From assembly GCA_964451815.1 (NCBI GenBank), contig CAYVIW010000076.1:6210-70209 (forward strand): 64,000 nucleotides of DNA, in the 5' to 3' direction. The notes beneath the pieces were generated by a model. That model ran no database searches. It saw only the letters and a list, made by a program, of their open reading frames with translations, and had not been told where the DNA came from. Made by a program: the position numbers and the translations under genes. The number at the start of each line of letters is the position of its first letter. The first letter of the stretch is position 1. Below, piece after piece: positions 1 through 11,316 of the stretch. Source of the DNA: an uncultured Planctomycetia bacterium (GTDB lineage Bacteria; Omnitrophota; Gorgyraeia; Tantalellales; Tantalellaceae).

Positions 1-323
1 ATATACACGTCGGTCTGAGGCACATACGCCTCAGGCTGATAATAATCATAATAGCTGACAAAATATTCGACCGCGTTATCCGGGAAGAACGAACGGAACT
101 CGGCGTAAAGCTGGGCCGCCAGGGTCTTATTATGAGATATCACCAGGGTGGGCCGGTTGAGCTTAGTTATTATGTTAGCCATCGTGAAGGTCTTACCGCT
201 GCCTGTAACTCCCAGAAGGGTCTGCATCCTGTTGCCGGAACTTATTGAGGAGACCATTTGCGCGATAGCCTCGGCCTGGTCGCCCGCGGGCTTTAGATCC
301 GTTATCAGATCGAACCGTTCCAT
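1..323 (-). CDS. uvrB: Excinuclease ABC subunit B, 5' part (runs off window)
   Basis: Manual translation from ATG at 323: [16 protein letters not shown]...[12 protein letters not shown]...[10 protein letters not shown]...[15 protein letters not shown]. Start overlaps the nadC stop (TGATG). Confidence 0.97.
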   Translation of the reverse strand, partial: MERFDLITDLKPAGDQAEAIAQMVSSISSGNRMQTLLGVTGSGKTFTMANIITKLNRPTLVISHNKTLAAQLYAEFRSFFPDNAVEYFVSYYDYYQPEAYVPQTDVY

Positions 324-1219
324 CAAATGTCCTTGTATATTATCTCCATACTGAAGTCCACGGGCTTAACCGCGGCTGTCATATATCCGCTAGAAATGAT
401 GTCCACTCCCGTTGAGGCGTATTCCGCGACATTGCGCGGCGTTATGCCTCCCGAAACCTCCAGAAGCACGCTTTCTTTCTTACCGGCAGTATCCCTGCGC
501 TCAACCGCCTGCTTTATTGTCGAGGGCGTCATATTGTCCAGCATTATTACGTCCGGCTTCTCCGAAAGAGCGGAGTCGAATTCCGCGAGGGTCTCTACCT
601 CTATCTCTACCTTTACGTTCTTCTGCACAGAGGCCCTGGCGCGCCTGATCAATTCTTTTACCACCACAGAGGTGTCCGTGGTCTTCATCTGCATAGCCGC
701 GGCCCTTATGTGGTTATCCTTTATGAGCACCATATCCCACAGGCCTTTCCTGTGGTTGTAGCCGCCCCCTACCGTCACGGCATATTTCTGAAGATACCGG
801 TATAACGGTATGGTCTTTCTTGTGTCGTATATCATGACCCCCGTACCCGCAACGGAATCGACCATCTTTTTTGTCGCGGTGGCCACACCGCTCAAGAACC
901 CGAGAAAATTAAGAGCCGTCCTTTCGGCTTTGAGTATCGCCTGGGCATTACCTTCCACAAAGGCTATCTCCTGAGACGGGGCTATAGTATCACCATCCTT
1001 AACAGCCGGCCTGAATTTTAGCGCGCAGTCTACCGCGGCGAACACCCTCTCCACAATGTCTATTCCGCAGACCGATCCTTCCTGTCTGGATATTATAACG
1101 CCGTCGGCGTCGAGAAACCTGTCCAGCACGGACTGGCCCGTTATGTCACCCGTCCAGACATCCTCTCTAAGAGCGAAACGTATGATTCTATCCACACGCC
1201 TTTTGTCTATTTCCGTCAT
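323..1219 (-). CDS. nadC: Nicotinate-nucleotide pyrophosphorylase (quinolinate phosphoribosyltransferase)
   Basis: Motifs [38 protein letters not shown]. Confidence 0.96.
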   Translation of the reverse strand: MTEIDKRRVDRIIRFALREDVWTGDITGQSVLDRFLDADGVIISRQEGSVCGIDIVERVFAAVDCALKFRPAVKDGDTIAPSQEIAFVEGNAQAILKAERTALNFLGFLSGVATATKKMVDSVAGTGVMIYDTRKTIPLYRYLQKYAVTVGGGYNHRKGLWDMVLIKDNHIRAAAMQMKTTDTSVVVKELIRRARASVQKNVKVEIEVETLAEFDSALSEKPDVIMLDNMTPSTIKQAVERRDTAGKKESVLLEVSGGITPRNVAEYASTGVDIISSGYMTAAVKPVDFSMEIIYKDI

Positions 1220-1220
1220 G

Positions 1221-1943
1221 TCAGTCCGCCCTCCCGCGTTCGATCTTTTTCTTAAGCGACTTTACCTCCGAGCGCGTAAGCCTGCGGTATTCCCCTCTCT
1301 TTATTCTCCCTATTGAAAGCCCGGCGTATCCCGTCCGTTCGAGCTCCACGACCCTGCTTCCCGCAAGATCGAACATCCTTCTTATCTGCCTTTTCCTGCC
1401 TTCATGCAGACTGATCCGGTAAACCAGCTTCCCCAAACGCTCTATCCCGCAAGGCGAGGTCTTCTTGCCGTCGATCTCGACACCGGAAGCTATCATTTTC
1501 AGAGCTTTTTCCTCCAGAGGATATTCGGTTCTCGCGATATACTCTTTTTCTATCTCAAAAGAGGGATGAGAAAGCCCGTGCGCGAGATCACCGTCGTTGG
1601 TCAGAATAATAAGGCCGGTGGTGTCCTTATCGAGCCTCCCCACCGGGTAAAGTCTTTCCTTGACGCCGCGGAACATATCGGTTATTTTTTTTCTGCCGTG
1701 GGTATCTTTTGCCGTCGATATGACGCCCCCGGGCTTATTTAAAAGAAAATACATCTTTTCTTCCTCGCTCTTAAGAGAAACCCCGTTAAGCGATATTTCG
1801 TGAAGTGAAGGATCCAGCTTAAGGCCTTTTTCCCTTACCACCCGGCCATCGACCTTTACCTTGCCTTTTTCTATAAGAGAGGCGGCGCTTCTTCTTGATG
1901 CCGCTCCTGCGTGGGCTAATATGGTCTGGAGACGTTTTTCCAT
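1221..1943 (-). CDS. rluB: RsuA/RluB-family rRNA pseudouridine synthase with S4 domain
   Basis: N-terminal S4 (RLQ..LA.AG.ASRR), NKP, VGRLDKDTTGL, EGRKRQIRRM. Confidence 0.88.
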   Translation of the reverse strand: MEKRLQTILAHAGAASRRSAASLIEKGKVKVDGRVVREKGLKLDPSLHEISLNGVSLKSEEEKMYFLLNKPGGVISTAKDTHGRKKITDMFRGVKERLYPVGRLDKDTTGLIILTNDGDLAHGLSHPSFEIEKEYIARTEYPLEEKALKMIASGVEIDGKKTSPCGIERLGKLVYRISLHEGRKRQIRRMFDLAGSRVVELERTGYAGLSIGRIKRGEYRRLTRSEVKSLKKKIERGRAD

Positions 1944-1977
1944 CTTTTCCAGGGCCGGCCTGATCCGAAGGTCCGAC

Positions 1978-4668
1978 TCAAACCAGAGCGGCCAGGTTAT
2001 CTTTGAGGTTATCTATCTCGTTGCGGAACTTTTCCCGTTTGGACATTTCCTTTTCTATGACATCGCGGGGAGCTTTATCGAGAAAAGTTTTGTTGGAAAG
2101 TTTATTTTCAAGCCCCGAAAGGAATTTCTCTATCTGTTGTATCTTGATATCGACCCTTTTCCTTTCGACCTCTATGTCCACGGCGTTCCCAAGGGGTATA
2201 TAGAGTTTTATATTATCCACGAGCGCCGCGACAGACCTCTGCGGCCTTTCAACATCCGCCCCCGCGCCCGCGATCCTGCAAAGAGCGAGTTTTTCAAGAT
2301 AAACCGCGTTATTCTCTATAAGGGCCGGGTCCCCGACGTCCGGCGAGGAGAAAAAAACATCCAGTACTGCCTTGGGCCCTACGTTCCAGAACGCCCTTAT
2401 ATTCCTTATGGCCGTTATCATGCGGATGAGTTTCTCCATACCCTGGTAAGCTGCTTCGTCCGTATACTCCTTCTCCACAAGCGGCCATTCCGACATCATT
2501 ATCCATTCACACCCGGCTCCCGGGACCATCTGCCATATCTCTTCGGTGATAAACGGCATTATGGGATGCAGTAATTGCAGGGCTTTTTTAAGAACAGCGA
2601 TGAGCACCTTCTGCGTGGCGTTCTTATCGGAAGAAAGCTTTGATACCTCAAGATACCAGTCGCAATACTTATGCCAAATGAAGTCATAAAGATGCCCGGC
2701 CGCGTCGCTGAAACGGTACTTCTCAAGACTTTCGGTCACGTCCCCGGCGGTTTTGTTCAGATTATGCAGTATCCACCTTTCGGCAAGGCCCAATGAACTG
2801 TAGTCCAGTTCCTCATCCAGAACATTCTCATCAAGGTTCATCAGAACATACCTGGAAGCGTTCCATATCTTGTTGGCGAAATTCCTGCCGATATCGAATT
2901 TATCTTTAGAAAGAAAAACGTCCTGCCCCTGGCTCGTTATAGAAATTACGCTGAACCTCAGGGCATCACTGCCCACTTCGGCTATTATTTCCAGCGGATC
3001 TATCACGTTACCGAGTGATTTTGACATCTTAGTACCAGTAGCGTCCCTTACCGTACCGTGTATATAAACATCCCTGAACGGTATGCCGCCGATGAACTTG
3101 AGACCGGCCATTATCATGCGGGCCACCCAGAAGAATATTATTTCCTGGGCCGTAACAAGCGCCTTTGTCGGGTAAAAAACATCGAGCGTTCTGCTCTTTT
3201 CAGGCCATCCCATGGTCGAAAAAGGCCATAGCCATGAACTGAACCAGGTATCCAGAACGTCAGGGTCCTGCTCTAGATCGCTCCCGCCGCACGAAGGACA
3301 TTTTTCGGGCTTTTCCCTTCCCACAAAGACGCCTTCTTGCCCGGGCCGGGTTATATCAACTTCTCTAACATCCTTGTGTCCCAGACACTGCCTGCAATAC
3401 CACACAGGTATACGATGCCCCCACCATATCTGACGTGAAATACACCAGTCCCTGATATTATTCATCCAGTTAAGGTACACTTTGGTCCATCGCCCCGGAT
3501 AGAACTTTATATCGCCCTTTTCCACCGCTTCTATGGCCTCTCGCGCCAACGGCTTCATCCTAACGAACCATTGCTTTGAAAGGCGCGGCTCCACAATCAC
3601 GTGGCATCTGTAACAATGTCCAACGGCATGGGAATGGTCCTCCGACTTTACAAAAAGCTTACGCTGTTTTAGGTCTTCGATTATCACTTCACGGCATTCC
3701 AGCCTGTCCATGCCTTCGTAATCCTGGCCCAACGCGTTTATGGTCCCGTCGGGGTTCATGACATTGACATTTTCAAGCCCGTGTTTGAGCCCAAGCTCGA
3801 AATCTACGGGATCATGCGCCGGCGTGACCTTGAGGGCGCCTGTGCCGAACTGGGGTTCTACACTTTCATCGAAAATAAGTTTGAGCTCTCTTTTTATTAT
3901 GGGAAGTATAAGTGTCTTACCTTTTAGATGGGCGTATCTCGGGTCTTTCGGGTTAACCGCTACGGCAACATCACCCAGCATTGTCTCAGGCCTGGTGGTA
4001 GCGACCACCACATAATCCTCGTTCTCCGTCTCCAGCTTTTCTCTGCCCTTTACGGGATATTTTATGTAGTAGAGCATACCCTCAAGGTTCCTGTGTTCGG
4101 CCTCCTCGTCACTCAGGGCTGTCTCGCATCTGGGACACCAGTTAATTATGTAGTCCCCTTTGTAGATCAGGCCTTCCCCGTAAAGCCTGATAAAGACCTC
4201 CTTAACCGCTTCCGACAGGCCTTCATCCATAGTAAAGCGCGTGCGGTCCCAGTCGCAGGAACATCCCAGCCTCTTGAGCTGACGTATAATAGTGTTGCCG
4301 TATTCCTCTTTCCACTGCCACACTTTTTCCGTAAACTTTTCGCGCCCGATGTCGTGTCTCTTGAGCCCGCTTTTGGTCAGTTCTCTCTCCACTACATTCT
4401 GTGTAGCGATCCCGGCATGGTCCGTTCCGGGCATCCAGAGAGCCTCAAATCCCTGCATCCTTTTCCATCTTACCAGTATGTCCTGGATAGTATTGTTGAG
4501 CGCATGGCCCATATGGAGGATACCGGTGATATTCGGTGGAGGTATGACTATCGAATAGGGCGCTTTGCCGGAACTCTCATCGGCCCTGAAAAAGCCCTTT
4601 TCGGACCATGCGGAATATATTTTCTCTTCGGCCGAACTGGGATCGTATCTTGTGGGGATATCTTTCAT
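1978..4668 (-). CDS. valS: Valine--tRNA ligase
   Basis: PPPNITGILHMGH (HIGH), DWCISRQIWWGH, KMSKS, C-terminal coiled coil. Confidence 0.98.
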   Translation of the reverse strand: MKDIPTRYDPSSAEEKIYSAWSEKGFFRADESSGKAPYSIVIPPPNITGILHMGHALNNTIQDILVRWKRMQGFEALWMPGTDHAGIATQNVVERELTKSGLKRHDIGREKFTEKVWQWKEEYGNTIIRQLKRLGCSCDWDRTRFTMDEGLSEAVKEVFIRLYGEGLIYKGDYIINWCPRCETALSDEEAEHRNLEGMLYYIKYPVKGREKLETENEDYVVVATTRPETMLGDVAVAVNPKDPRYAHLKGKTLILPIIKRELKLIFDESVEPQFGTGALKVTPAHDPVDFELGLKHGLENVNVMNPDGTINALGQDYEGMDRLECREVIIEDLKQRKLFVKSEDHSHAVGHCYRCHVIVEPRLSKQWFVRMKPLAREAIEAVEKGDIKFYPGRWTKVYLNWMNNIRDWCISRQIWWGHRIPVWYCRQCLGHKDVREVDITRPGQEGVFVGREKPEKCPSCGGSDLEQDPDVLDTWFSSWLWPFSTMGWPEKSRTLDVFYPTKALVTAQEIIFFWVARMIMAGLKFIGGIPFRDVYIHGTVRDATGTKMSKSLGNVIDPLEIIAEVGSDALRFSVISITSQGQDVFLSKDKFDIGRNFANKIWNASRYVLMNLDENVLDEELDYSSLGLAERWILHNLNKTAGDVTESLEKYRFSDAAGHLYDFIWHKYCDWYLEVSKLSSDKNATQKVLIAVLKKALQLLHPIMPFITEEIWQMVPGAGCEWIMMSEWPLVEKEYTDEAAYQGMEKLIRMITAIRNIRAFWNVGPKAVLDVFFSSPDVGDPALIENNAVYLEKLALCRIAGAGADVERPQRSVAALVDNIKLYIPLGNAVDIEVERKRVDIKIQQIEKFLSGLENKLSNKTFLDKAPRDVIEKEMSKREKFRNEIDNLKDNLAALV

Positions 4669-6257
4669 TTTTTCTTTTTTCTTGCCTCGTCCTTAACGAA
4701 CTTGTATTCTATCGAATCCTTAAGTGCCCGCCAGCTCGCTTCAATTATATTCTCCGAAACCCCTACAGTCCACCATGAATCGGTCTTATCCTGAGACTGT
4801 ATAAGCACCCTGACCTTCGCCGCGGTGCCCGCTTTTTCGTCCAGCACTCTCACCCTGAAATCGGAAAGATGCATCTCCTTAAGGGAGGGATAGAATTCTA
4901 TAAGGGATTTCCTTATGGCCTGGTCCATGGCATGAACCGGGCCATCGCCCAGTGATACGGTATGCCTGAACTCTTTATTTATTCTCATTTTGACCGTGGC
5001 TTCAGATATTATGGGACCATCCTGACGCCTTTCCACTATGACCCTGAAATCCTCCATCTGAAAATGTTCTACGAGCTTTTCCGAAGCGCGCCTCATCATC
5101 AGCAGCAGAGACGCCTCGGCCAATTCGAACTGGTAACCTTCCTTTTCCAGGTCCTGCACATTGCTCAGCACCTTCCTGGCCTCGTCAGAGGTTTTATCCA
5201 TCTTTATGCCCATCTCGCAGGCTTTGTCCACGATGCCCGATTTGCCCGAAAGCTCGGAGATCAACATCCTTCTCTGATTGCCCACACTCAGCGGATCTAT
5301 ATGCTCGTAGCTCCTGGGCGTCTTGAGCATGGCGTTAACATGTACCCCGGCCTTATGCGCGAAAGCGCTTTTGCCCACATATGGCTGGTTATCCTGCTGT
5401 TTCACGTTGCAGATGTCGGCTACATACATTGACGCCTCTGTAAGGTCCTTGAACTCGAATTCGGACAGGCAGTCCAGCCCCAGTTTAAACTTAAGTGCCG
5501 GAAGTATGGAGACGAGGTTGGCGTTGCCGCATCTTTCCCCGTACCCATTGAAAGTCCCCTGCACCTGCGCGCATCCAGCCTGTACAGCCGCAACGGAATT
5601 CGCCACCGCCATATCGGCATCGTTATGCACATGTATCCCCAGAGGCACTTTTATTTTCGCCGCTACTTCTTCCACTATCTCGAAAACCTGGCTCGTAAGA
5701 CTACCTCCGTTAGTATCGCAAAGCACCAGAACTTCAGATCCTCCTTCAGCCGCCGCCTTCAGGGTATCTATCGCGTATGCCGGATTTTCCCTGTACCCGT
5801 CAAAAAAGTGCTCCGCGTCGAAAAAAACATGCCGCCCTTTTTTCTTAAGATATCTGACCGACCCCTCGATCATATTAAGATTCTCTTTTAAGGTAGTCTT
5901 TAATACAAACCTCACATGCAAGTCCCAGCTCTTGCCGAATATAGTGACATGCTCCGTACCCGCTTTAAGAAGTTCCTTTATGACAAAATCTTCTGACTCT
6001 TTCCCTCCGGCTCTTCGGGTGCTCCCGAAAGCCGTAAGCTTGGAATTTTTGAGCTTAAGCTCCTTCTTTGCCAGTTTGAAAAATTCGTTGTCTTTGGGAT
6101 TCGAGCCGGGCCATCCTCCCTCAATATAATCAACTCCAAGCTCATCAAGTTTCTGGGCGATCCTAATCTTATCTTTTACCGTAAAAGAGATGCCCTCGAA
6201 CTGGGACCCATCCCTCAGGGTCGTATCATATACGAATATCTTCCGCTTTTTCTTCAT
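4665..6257 (-). CDS. cimA: Citramalate synthase (LeuA/CimA family)
   Basis: DTTLRDG, IEGGWPGSNPKD, FDAEHFFDG, HVHND, GYGERCGNAN, C-terminal regulatory domain. Start moved to ATG 6257 because the longer ORF overlaps lysC. Confidence 0.9.
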   Translation of the reverse strand: MKKKRKIFVYDTTLRDGSQFEGISFTVKDKIRIAQKLDELGVDYIEGGWPGSNPKDNEFFKLAKKELKLKNSKLTAFGSTRRAGGKESEDFVIKELLKAGTEHVTIFGKSWDLHVRFVLKTTLKENLNMIEGSVRYLKKKGRHVFFDAEHFFDGYRENPAYAIDTLKAAAEGGSEVLVLCDTNGGSLTSQVFEIVEEVAAKIKVPLGIHVHNDADMAVANSVAAVQAGCAQVQGTFNGYGERCGNANLVSILPALKFKLGLDCLSEFEFKDLTEASMYVADICNVKQQDNQPYVGKSAFAHKAGVHVNAMLKTPRSYEHIDPLSVGNQRRMLISELSGKSGIVDKACEMGIKMDKTSDEARKVLSNVQDLEKEGYQFELAEASLLLMMRRASEKLVEHFQMEDFRVIVERRQDGPIISEATVKMRINKEFRHTVSLGDGPVHAMDQAIRKSLIEFYPSLKEMHLSDFRVRVLDEKAGTAAKVRVLIQSQDKTDSWWTVGVSENIIEASWRALKDSIEYKFVKDEARKKKK

Positions 6258-6270
6258 CTCATTCCCGCCT

Positions 6271-7524
6271 TCAGCCTTTTCCTGCCCGCTTTTTTCCGCT
6301 TTTCTTGCCGAGATCAAATGCTTTATGCACAGCGTTAACGGCTTTACTGGCAACCTTATCCTCTATTACACATGATATCTTGATCTCACTGGTAGAGATC
6401 ATCTCTATGTTGATCTTTTTGGAAGCGAGTGCCTTGAACATCCTGGCCGCTACACCTGAATGACTACGCATGCCTATTCCGACGACCGAAAGCTTGGCCA
6501 CTTTCCTGTTTACCTTAACCCCCTTAGCACCTATGCGACGGGCTATCGCTCTAACAACTTCCTCGGTCTTGACAAGGTCCTTTTTAGGCACGGTGAAAGA
6601 TATATCCGTGGCTCCGGTCCTTGAGATGTTCTGTACTATCATGTCTACATTTATATCGGCGCCCGCGAGATTCTCGAACAGCCTACTGGCCTCACCGGGC
6701 TTATCGGGAACATCGCACACGGTAATCTTGGCTTCGTCCTTGTTCACGGCGACTCCTCTCACCAGAACATCCTCCATACCCCTGACCTCCTTTGTGATGA
6801 CCGTCCCTTCTTCTCTGGAAATACTCGACCTTACATGCATTGGTACATTGAATTTGCTCGCTACTTCCATGCTTCTGGCCTGCATCACCTGCGCTCCTAA
6901 AGAGGCAAGCTCGAGCATCTCATCATAACTTATGGTCTGCAATTTTCGCGCTTCCTTGACAATACGCGGATCAGCCGTGTAAACGCCTTTTACGTCGGTA
7001 TATATCTCGCACAGCCCGGCTTTAAGTACCTTTGCCAGGGCCACCGCGGTCATATCAGAACCTCCCCGCCCAAGAGTGGTTATATCCTGGTCAAGATTGA
7101 CCCCCTGGAACCCGGCGACTATTACCACCTTGCCGGCATCAAGCTGCCGGCGTATTTTGCCGGTAGATATTTCTACTATCCTGGCTTTTGTATGGGAGGA
7201 ATCGGTCTTTATTCCGACCTGCGCGCCGGTAAGAGATATCGCCCCGACACCCAACCCGTTGAGCGCCATCGCCAGAAGGGCCACCGACATCTGTTCTCCC
7301 GTGGAAAGAAGCATGTCCAGTTCTCTTGCCGGGGGGTCCTTGCTTATTTTCATAGCCAGGTCCATAAGCTCGTCCGTAGTATCCCCCAGAGCCGAGACCA
7401 CCACCACAAGTTCATAGCCTTTTTTTCTGGTTTCAGCCACCCTGCGGGCAACACCCATTATGCGCCCGGTGTCAGCTACGCTGCTTCCGCCATATTTCTG
7501 GACTATTATACCTTTTTTCTTCAT
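6271..7524 (-). CDS. lysC: Aspartate kinase with ACT domains
   Basis: VQKYGGSSV, TTLGRGGSD, ISTSEIKISC. Start at ATG 7524 after an AAGGA SD. Confidence 0.96.
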   Translation of the reverse strand: MKKKGIIVQKYGGSSVADTGRIMGVARRVAETRKKGYELVVVVSALGDTTDELMDLAMKISKDPPARELDMLLSTGEQMSVALLAMALNGLGVGAISLTGAQVGIKTDSSHTKARIVEISTGKIRRQLDAGKVVIVAGFQGVNLDQDITTLGRGGSDMTAVALAKVLKAGLCEIYTDVKGVYTADPRIVKEARKLQTISYDEMLELASLGAQVMQARSMEVASKFNVPMHVRSSISREEGTVITKEVRGMEDVLVRGVAVNKDEAKITVCDVPDKPGEASRLFENLAGADINVDMIVQNISRTGATDISFTVPKKDLVKTEEVVRAIARRIGAKGVKVNRKVAKLSVVGIGMRSHSGVAARMFKALASKKINIEMISTSEIKISCVIEDKVASKAVNAVHKAFDLGKKSGKKRAGKG

Positions 7525-7567
7525 ATATTCCTTTTTTAGCGGGCTTTTCACTTCCCCCGATTCAACT

Positions 7568-8773
7568 CTATTCCCCGTAATGTATAAGCATGCCCATAAG
7601 ATCGGAACCAGTCTTGATCCCCAGACTGCCTGCCTTAGCGGAAACTTCCGAAAAAACCGTGACCTCATCGGGAAGTATACCCTCGCCCGCCATGGCTACC
7701 GGTACCGGTTCTCCCGTATGGGTCCTTTTCTTTACGGGAGTCGGGTGGTCCGGTAATACCATTACCCTGTAGTCTGTGCCGGAATCGGTAAGCTCTTTGA
7801 TTATCTTACCGGCTATCTTACCGTCAAAATTCTCTATAGCCCTTATTTTTTCACGTATATCCCCGTTATGCCCCGCCTCGTCAGGAGCCTCAACATGCAC
7901 AAAGACCATATCGTCCTTTTCGAGAATATCAAGCGCGGCCTGAGCCTTGCCCTCGTAGTTGGTATCATAATATCCGGTCGCGCCGCGGACATCAGGCACC
8001 TGAAGACCCAGAATGCGGCCCAGGCCTTTTAAAAGATCCACGGCGGATATGATCCCCCCACTCACGCTATAGGCGTCCTCGAACTTCGGCATATCGGGCC
8101 GCTTCCCCTGGCCCCATAACCATATCATATTTGCCGGATTCTGTTTGAGATCTATGCGCACTTTATTTATATCGTTGTTCTCGAGGATGTCTTTTGACCT
8201 CTCCATTATCTGCACCAGTTCCGGAGACTTGGGAAAATGTTTTGATATGGATTTGTCAAGTAAATCGTGCGGAGGAAAACATTTTACATTGCTGAGATCG
8301 TCGGCTTCAGATCTGTCGGCGCATCGCACAACAAGAAGGTTCCGGTAACTTTTCCCGGCATAAAAATTGAATTTTTCACTCTCCAGCTCGCTCGACAAAA
8401 CGTCAACGAGAAAGGAACTCTCTTTTGTGGAAATATGTCCGGCGCTGTAGTCGACCATCTTGTCGTCGTGGCAGGTTATGGTATTGAACCTGAAGGCCAC
8501 ATCATTTTCACCCAGCTCCACTCCAAGATTAGCGGCTTCCAAGGGTCCCCGACCACAATAGTATTTCCTTGGGTCGTACCCCAGTATGGACAGATTAGCT
8601 ACATCGCTTGCCGGGGTCATTCCCTTTGGAACGTTCCTGGACAGACCCGTCACGCCTTTTCTGGCAATGGTATCCATGTTGGGAGTGTGAGCGACCTCCA
8701 TGCAAGTCCTGTCGTTAAGCTCTTCCAGCGGCAATCCCGCCATTCCGTCCGGAACAAGTACGATATACTTCAT
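7568..8773 (-). CDS. apgM: Cofactor-independent phosphoglycerate-mutase-like (ApgM family) protein, probable alternative homoserine kinase
   Basis: VPDGMA, PASDVAN, GRGPLEA, HVEAPDEAGH, PDHPTP...HT motifs. Lies between thrC and lysC. Confidence 0.85.
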   Translation of the reverse strand: MKYIVLVPDGMAGLPLEELNDRTCMEVAHTPNMDTIARKGVTGLSRNVPKGMTPASDVANLSILGYDPRKYYCGRGPLEAANLGVELGENDVAFRFNTITCHDDKMVDYSAGHISTKESSFLVDVLSSELESEKFNFYAGKSYRNLLVVRCADRSEADDLSNVKCFPPHDLLDKSISKHFPKSPELVQIMERSKDILENNDINKVRIDLKQNPANMIWLWGQGKRPDMPKFEDAYSVSGGIISAVDLLKGLGRILGLQVPDVRGATGYYDTNYEGKAQAALDILEKDDMVFVHVEAPDEAGHNGDIREKIRAIENFDGKIAGKIIKELTDSGTDYRVMVLPDHPTPVKKRTHTGEPVPVAMAGEGILPDEVTVFSEVSAKAGSLGIKTGSDLMGMLIHYGE

Positions 8774-8790
8774 ATTAGTTGTCCTTGTTT

Positions 8791-9858
8791 TTATTCTAAG
8801 GCTGCTTCGTTCACCACCGCTTCGAGATCCGCGTCAACCACTACCGGAGGATCCAGGGTTTTTATGGCCCTGTCAGGATCCTTCAGTCCGTGACCGGTGA
8901 GCACACATACTATGTCGGTCTTTTGTTTGCTGTCCTTGACATCGTCAAAAAAACCTTCTCCCGATTTTTTAAGTATTCCAGCCACACTGGCCGCAGAAGC
9001 CGGTTCGGCGAATACCCCGCAGCCGGAAGCGAGAAGCCTGTACGCGTCTATTATCTCGTCGTCTGTAACCTTTTCGATTATACCTCCGGAGGTGTTCCTG
9101 GCCTCTTCCGCCTGTACCCAGCTGGCCGGATTACCTATTTTTATCGCGGTCGCAAGCGTCCGGGGGTCTTTGATGGGCCTGCCGTCAACGATCGGAGCGG
9201 AACCGGCGGCCTGAAAACCCAGCATTCTGGGAAGACCAGAGATCTTACCGGCATCTTTGTATTCCCGATACCCTTTCCAGTATGCCGTTATGTTACCCGC
9301 GTTCCCAACCGGCAGGGCGTGAAAAGCCGGCGCGTGAGACAGCCTGTCGCATATTTCAAAAGCCCCGGTCTTCTGACCCTCTATTCTGTAAGGGTTGATA
9401 GAGTTGACAAGCGTAACAGGATATTTGTCTGTTATACTTCTTACTATCTCCAAGGCCTGATCGAAATTGCCCCTTATCGCTATAACCTTAGCTCCATGCA
9501 TCAGGGCCTGTGCGAGCTTGCCCAGAGCTATCGCCCCCTCGGGTATCACTACCAAGCACTTTATCCCGGCTATTGAGGCGTAGGCCGCCGCGGAAGCCGA
9601 AGTGTTGCCGGTTGAAGCACAGGCTATTGCCCTGGAACCCTTTTCAACGGCCTTGGAAACGGCCATCGTCATACCCCTGTCCTTGAAACTGCCGGTAGGG
9701 TTGAGCCCCTCGAACTTCAGCCAAACGTTCACTCCCGGCCCGATCTTCTCCGCGATACGGTCCGCTTTTATAAGGGGCGTATCCCCTTCCTCCAGAGAAA
9801 TAACCGGAGTATTGTCTCCCACAGGAAGGTATTCTCTATATCTTTCTATTACACCCAT
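8791..9858 (-). CDS. thrC: Threonine synthase
   Basis: [37 protein letters not shown]. Confidence 0.96.
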   Translation of the reverse strand: MGVIERYREYLPVGDNTPVISLEEGDTPLIKADRIAEKIGPGVNVWLKFEGLNPTGSFKDRGMTMAVSKAVEKGSRAIACASTGNTSASAAAYASIAGIKCLVVIPEGAIALGKLAQALMHGAKVIAIRGNFDQALEIVRSITDKYPVTLVNSINPYRIEGQKTGAFEICDRLSHAPAFHALPVGNAGNITAYWKGYREYKDAGKISGLPRMLGFQAAGSAPIVDGRPIKDPRTLATAIKIGNPASWVQAEEARNTSGGIIEKVTDDEIIDAYRLLASGCGVFAEPASAASVAGILKKSGEGFFDDVKDSKQKTDIVCVLTGHGLKDPDRAIKTLDPPVVVDADLEAVVNEAALE

Positions 9859-9862
9859 ACCA

Positions 9863-11164
9863 CTATCCTTCTATTCGTATTGCCGCGGTCTTAGCGGTCA
9901 CCCATTCCATAGCGTCTATTTCGGATATCGCTTTTCTCATATCGCCTTCTTTGACCTTATGGGTCATTATTACCACGGGTACTGTTTCTCCCTCGTTCCT
10001 TTCCTCCTGTGATACATTGGCTATACTGATGTTGTTGGTGGAAAGAACAGTAGATATACCCGCAAGTACCCCCGGCTTGTCTATTACAGAGAACCTCAGA
10101 TAATAAGCCAGGCTTATCTCTTCCATGCTCCGTATGCCATTGCCGGAAGAAGCGTAATTCATCCTGTACGGCAGGGGGTTGTCGCTGCCGGAATAAGCCA
10201 CATGCTCCGCTATCTCAACTATATCGCCTATGATCGAGCTTGCAGTAGGTTCTTTTCCCGCTCCCTTCCCAAAAAGAAGCGATTCTCCGATAAGATCGCC
10301 CCTAACGTATATTGCGTTATCAGCTCCGCGTACGTCAGAAAGAAGATGTGAAGATCTCAGAAGCGTCGGGTGCACTCTCAGCTCTATGCCTTTGTCGGAC
10401 TCTTTGGCGACACCCAGAAGCTTGACGCCGTATCCCCATTTTTTAGCGTTCGCTATATCCTGAGGCTCTATCGAGGAAATACCCTCGGTATGAACATCGC
10501 TGGCGTATACTTCCTGTCCGAAACACAGAAGCGCCAGTATCGCCAGTTTGTGGGCACTGTCAGCGCCGCTTATATCAAGCTCCGGATCTTTTTCGGCTAT
10601 CCCTTTCTCCTGGGCTATTTTTAACGCCTCGTCAAAAGAAAGCCCCTTTTCCTCCATCATGGTCAGGATAAAATTAGTGGTACCGTTAAGTATGCCATAG
10701 ACAGTGCTTATCCTGTTGGCCACAAAACTCTCTCTCAGCGTACGGATTATGGGTACAGCCCCGCAGACACTGGCCTCGAAGTTGACAAAAAGTCCCTTCT
10801 CCGACGCGGAACCGAATATCTCCTTCCAGCTTTCCGAAAGCAGGGCCTTATTTGCTGTAACAACATGCTTGCCGCTTTCAATAGCTTCGAGTATCATGCT
10901 CCTGGCGGGCTCTATGCCCCCCGCAAGCTCGACTATGATATCTATCCCGTCGTCAAGAATAAGATCTTTATAGGACATTGTCTTGACCGTTCCGTCGCCG
11001 GCACATGTCCTTTCTAAAGCGTTCTTATCCTTGTCGCACAGCGCCCTGATAACAAGCGAAACCCCGGTTCTCTCAGCTATAAGCGCCCCATTGCGGTTTA
11101 TGGACTCAACCACTCCGCTGCCGACGGTACCCAGGCCTATTATACCGATACTAACGCTCTTCAT
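9863..11164 (-). CDS. hom: Homoserine dehydrogenase with C-terminal ACT domain
   Basis: [41 protein letters not shown]. Start ATG 11164 after a GGAGAGG SD; the longer ORF runs into the tRNA. Confidence 0.95.
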   Translation of the reverse strand: MKSVSIGIIGLGTVGSGVVESINRNGALIAERTGVSLVIRALCDKDKNALERTCAGDGTVKTMSYKDLILDDGIDIIVELAGGIEPARSMILEAIESGKHVVTANKALLSESWKEIFGSASEKGLFVNFEASVCGAVPIIRTLRESFVANRISTVYGILNGTTNFILTMMEEKGLSFDEALKIAQEKGIAEKDPELDISGADSAHKLAILALLCFGQEVYASDVHTEGISSIEPQDIANAKKWGYGVKLLGVAKESDKGIELRVHPTLLRSSHLLSDVRGADNAIYVRGDLIGESLLFGKGAGKEPTASSIIGDIVEIAEHVAYSGSDNPLPYRMNYASSGNGIRSMEEISLAYYLRFSVIDKPGVLAGISTVLSTNNISIANVSQEERNEGETVPVVIMTHKVKEGDMRKAISEIDAMEWVTAKTAAIRIEG

Positions 11165-11232
11165 GATGTCCTCTCCCGGTCTGTCTCTGTCCTTCCTGCC
11201 CATGCCACGAATAGGACTCGTATTGAATAAAA

Positions 11233-11311
11233 TGGTCGGGACGGTGGGATTTGAACCCACGACCCCTAGTCCCCCAGACTAGTACGCTAAACCAGGCTGC
11301 GCCACGTCCCG
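11233..11311 (-). tRNA. tRNA-Pro(GGG)
   Basis: Reverse complement CGGGACGTGGCGCAGCCTGGTTTAGCGTACTAGTCTGGGGGACTAGGGGTCGTGGGTTCAAATCCCACCGTCCCGACCA: acceptor stem, CTAGT/ACTAG anticodon stem with GGG, TTCAA T-loop, encoded CCA. Confidence 0.97.
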
Positions 11312-11316
11312 ACCGT

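Noticed and set aside
11233-11311. tRNA as integration site of a mobile element
   Set aside because: No integrase and no duplicated tRNA 3' end seen; housekeeping genes lie on both sides.
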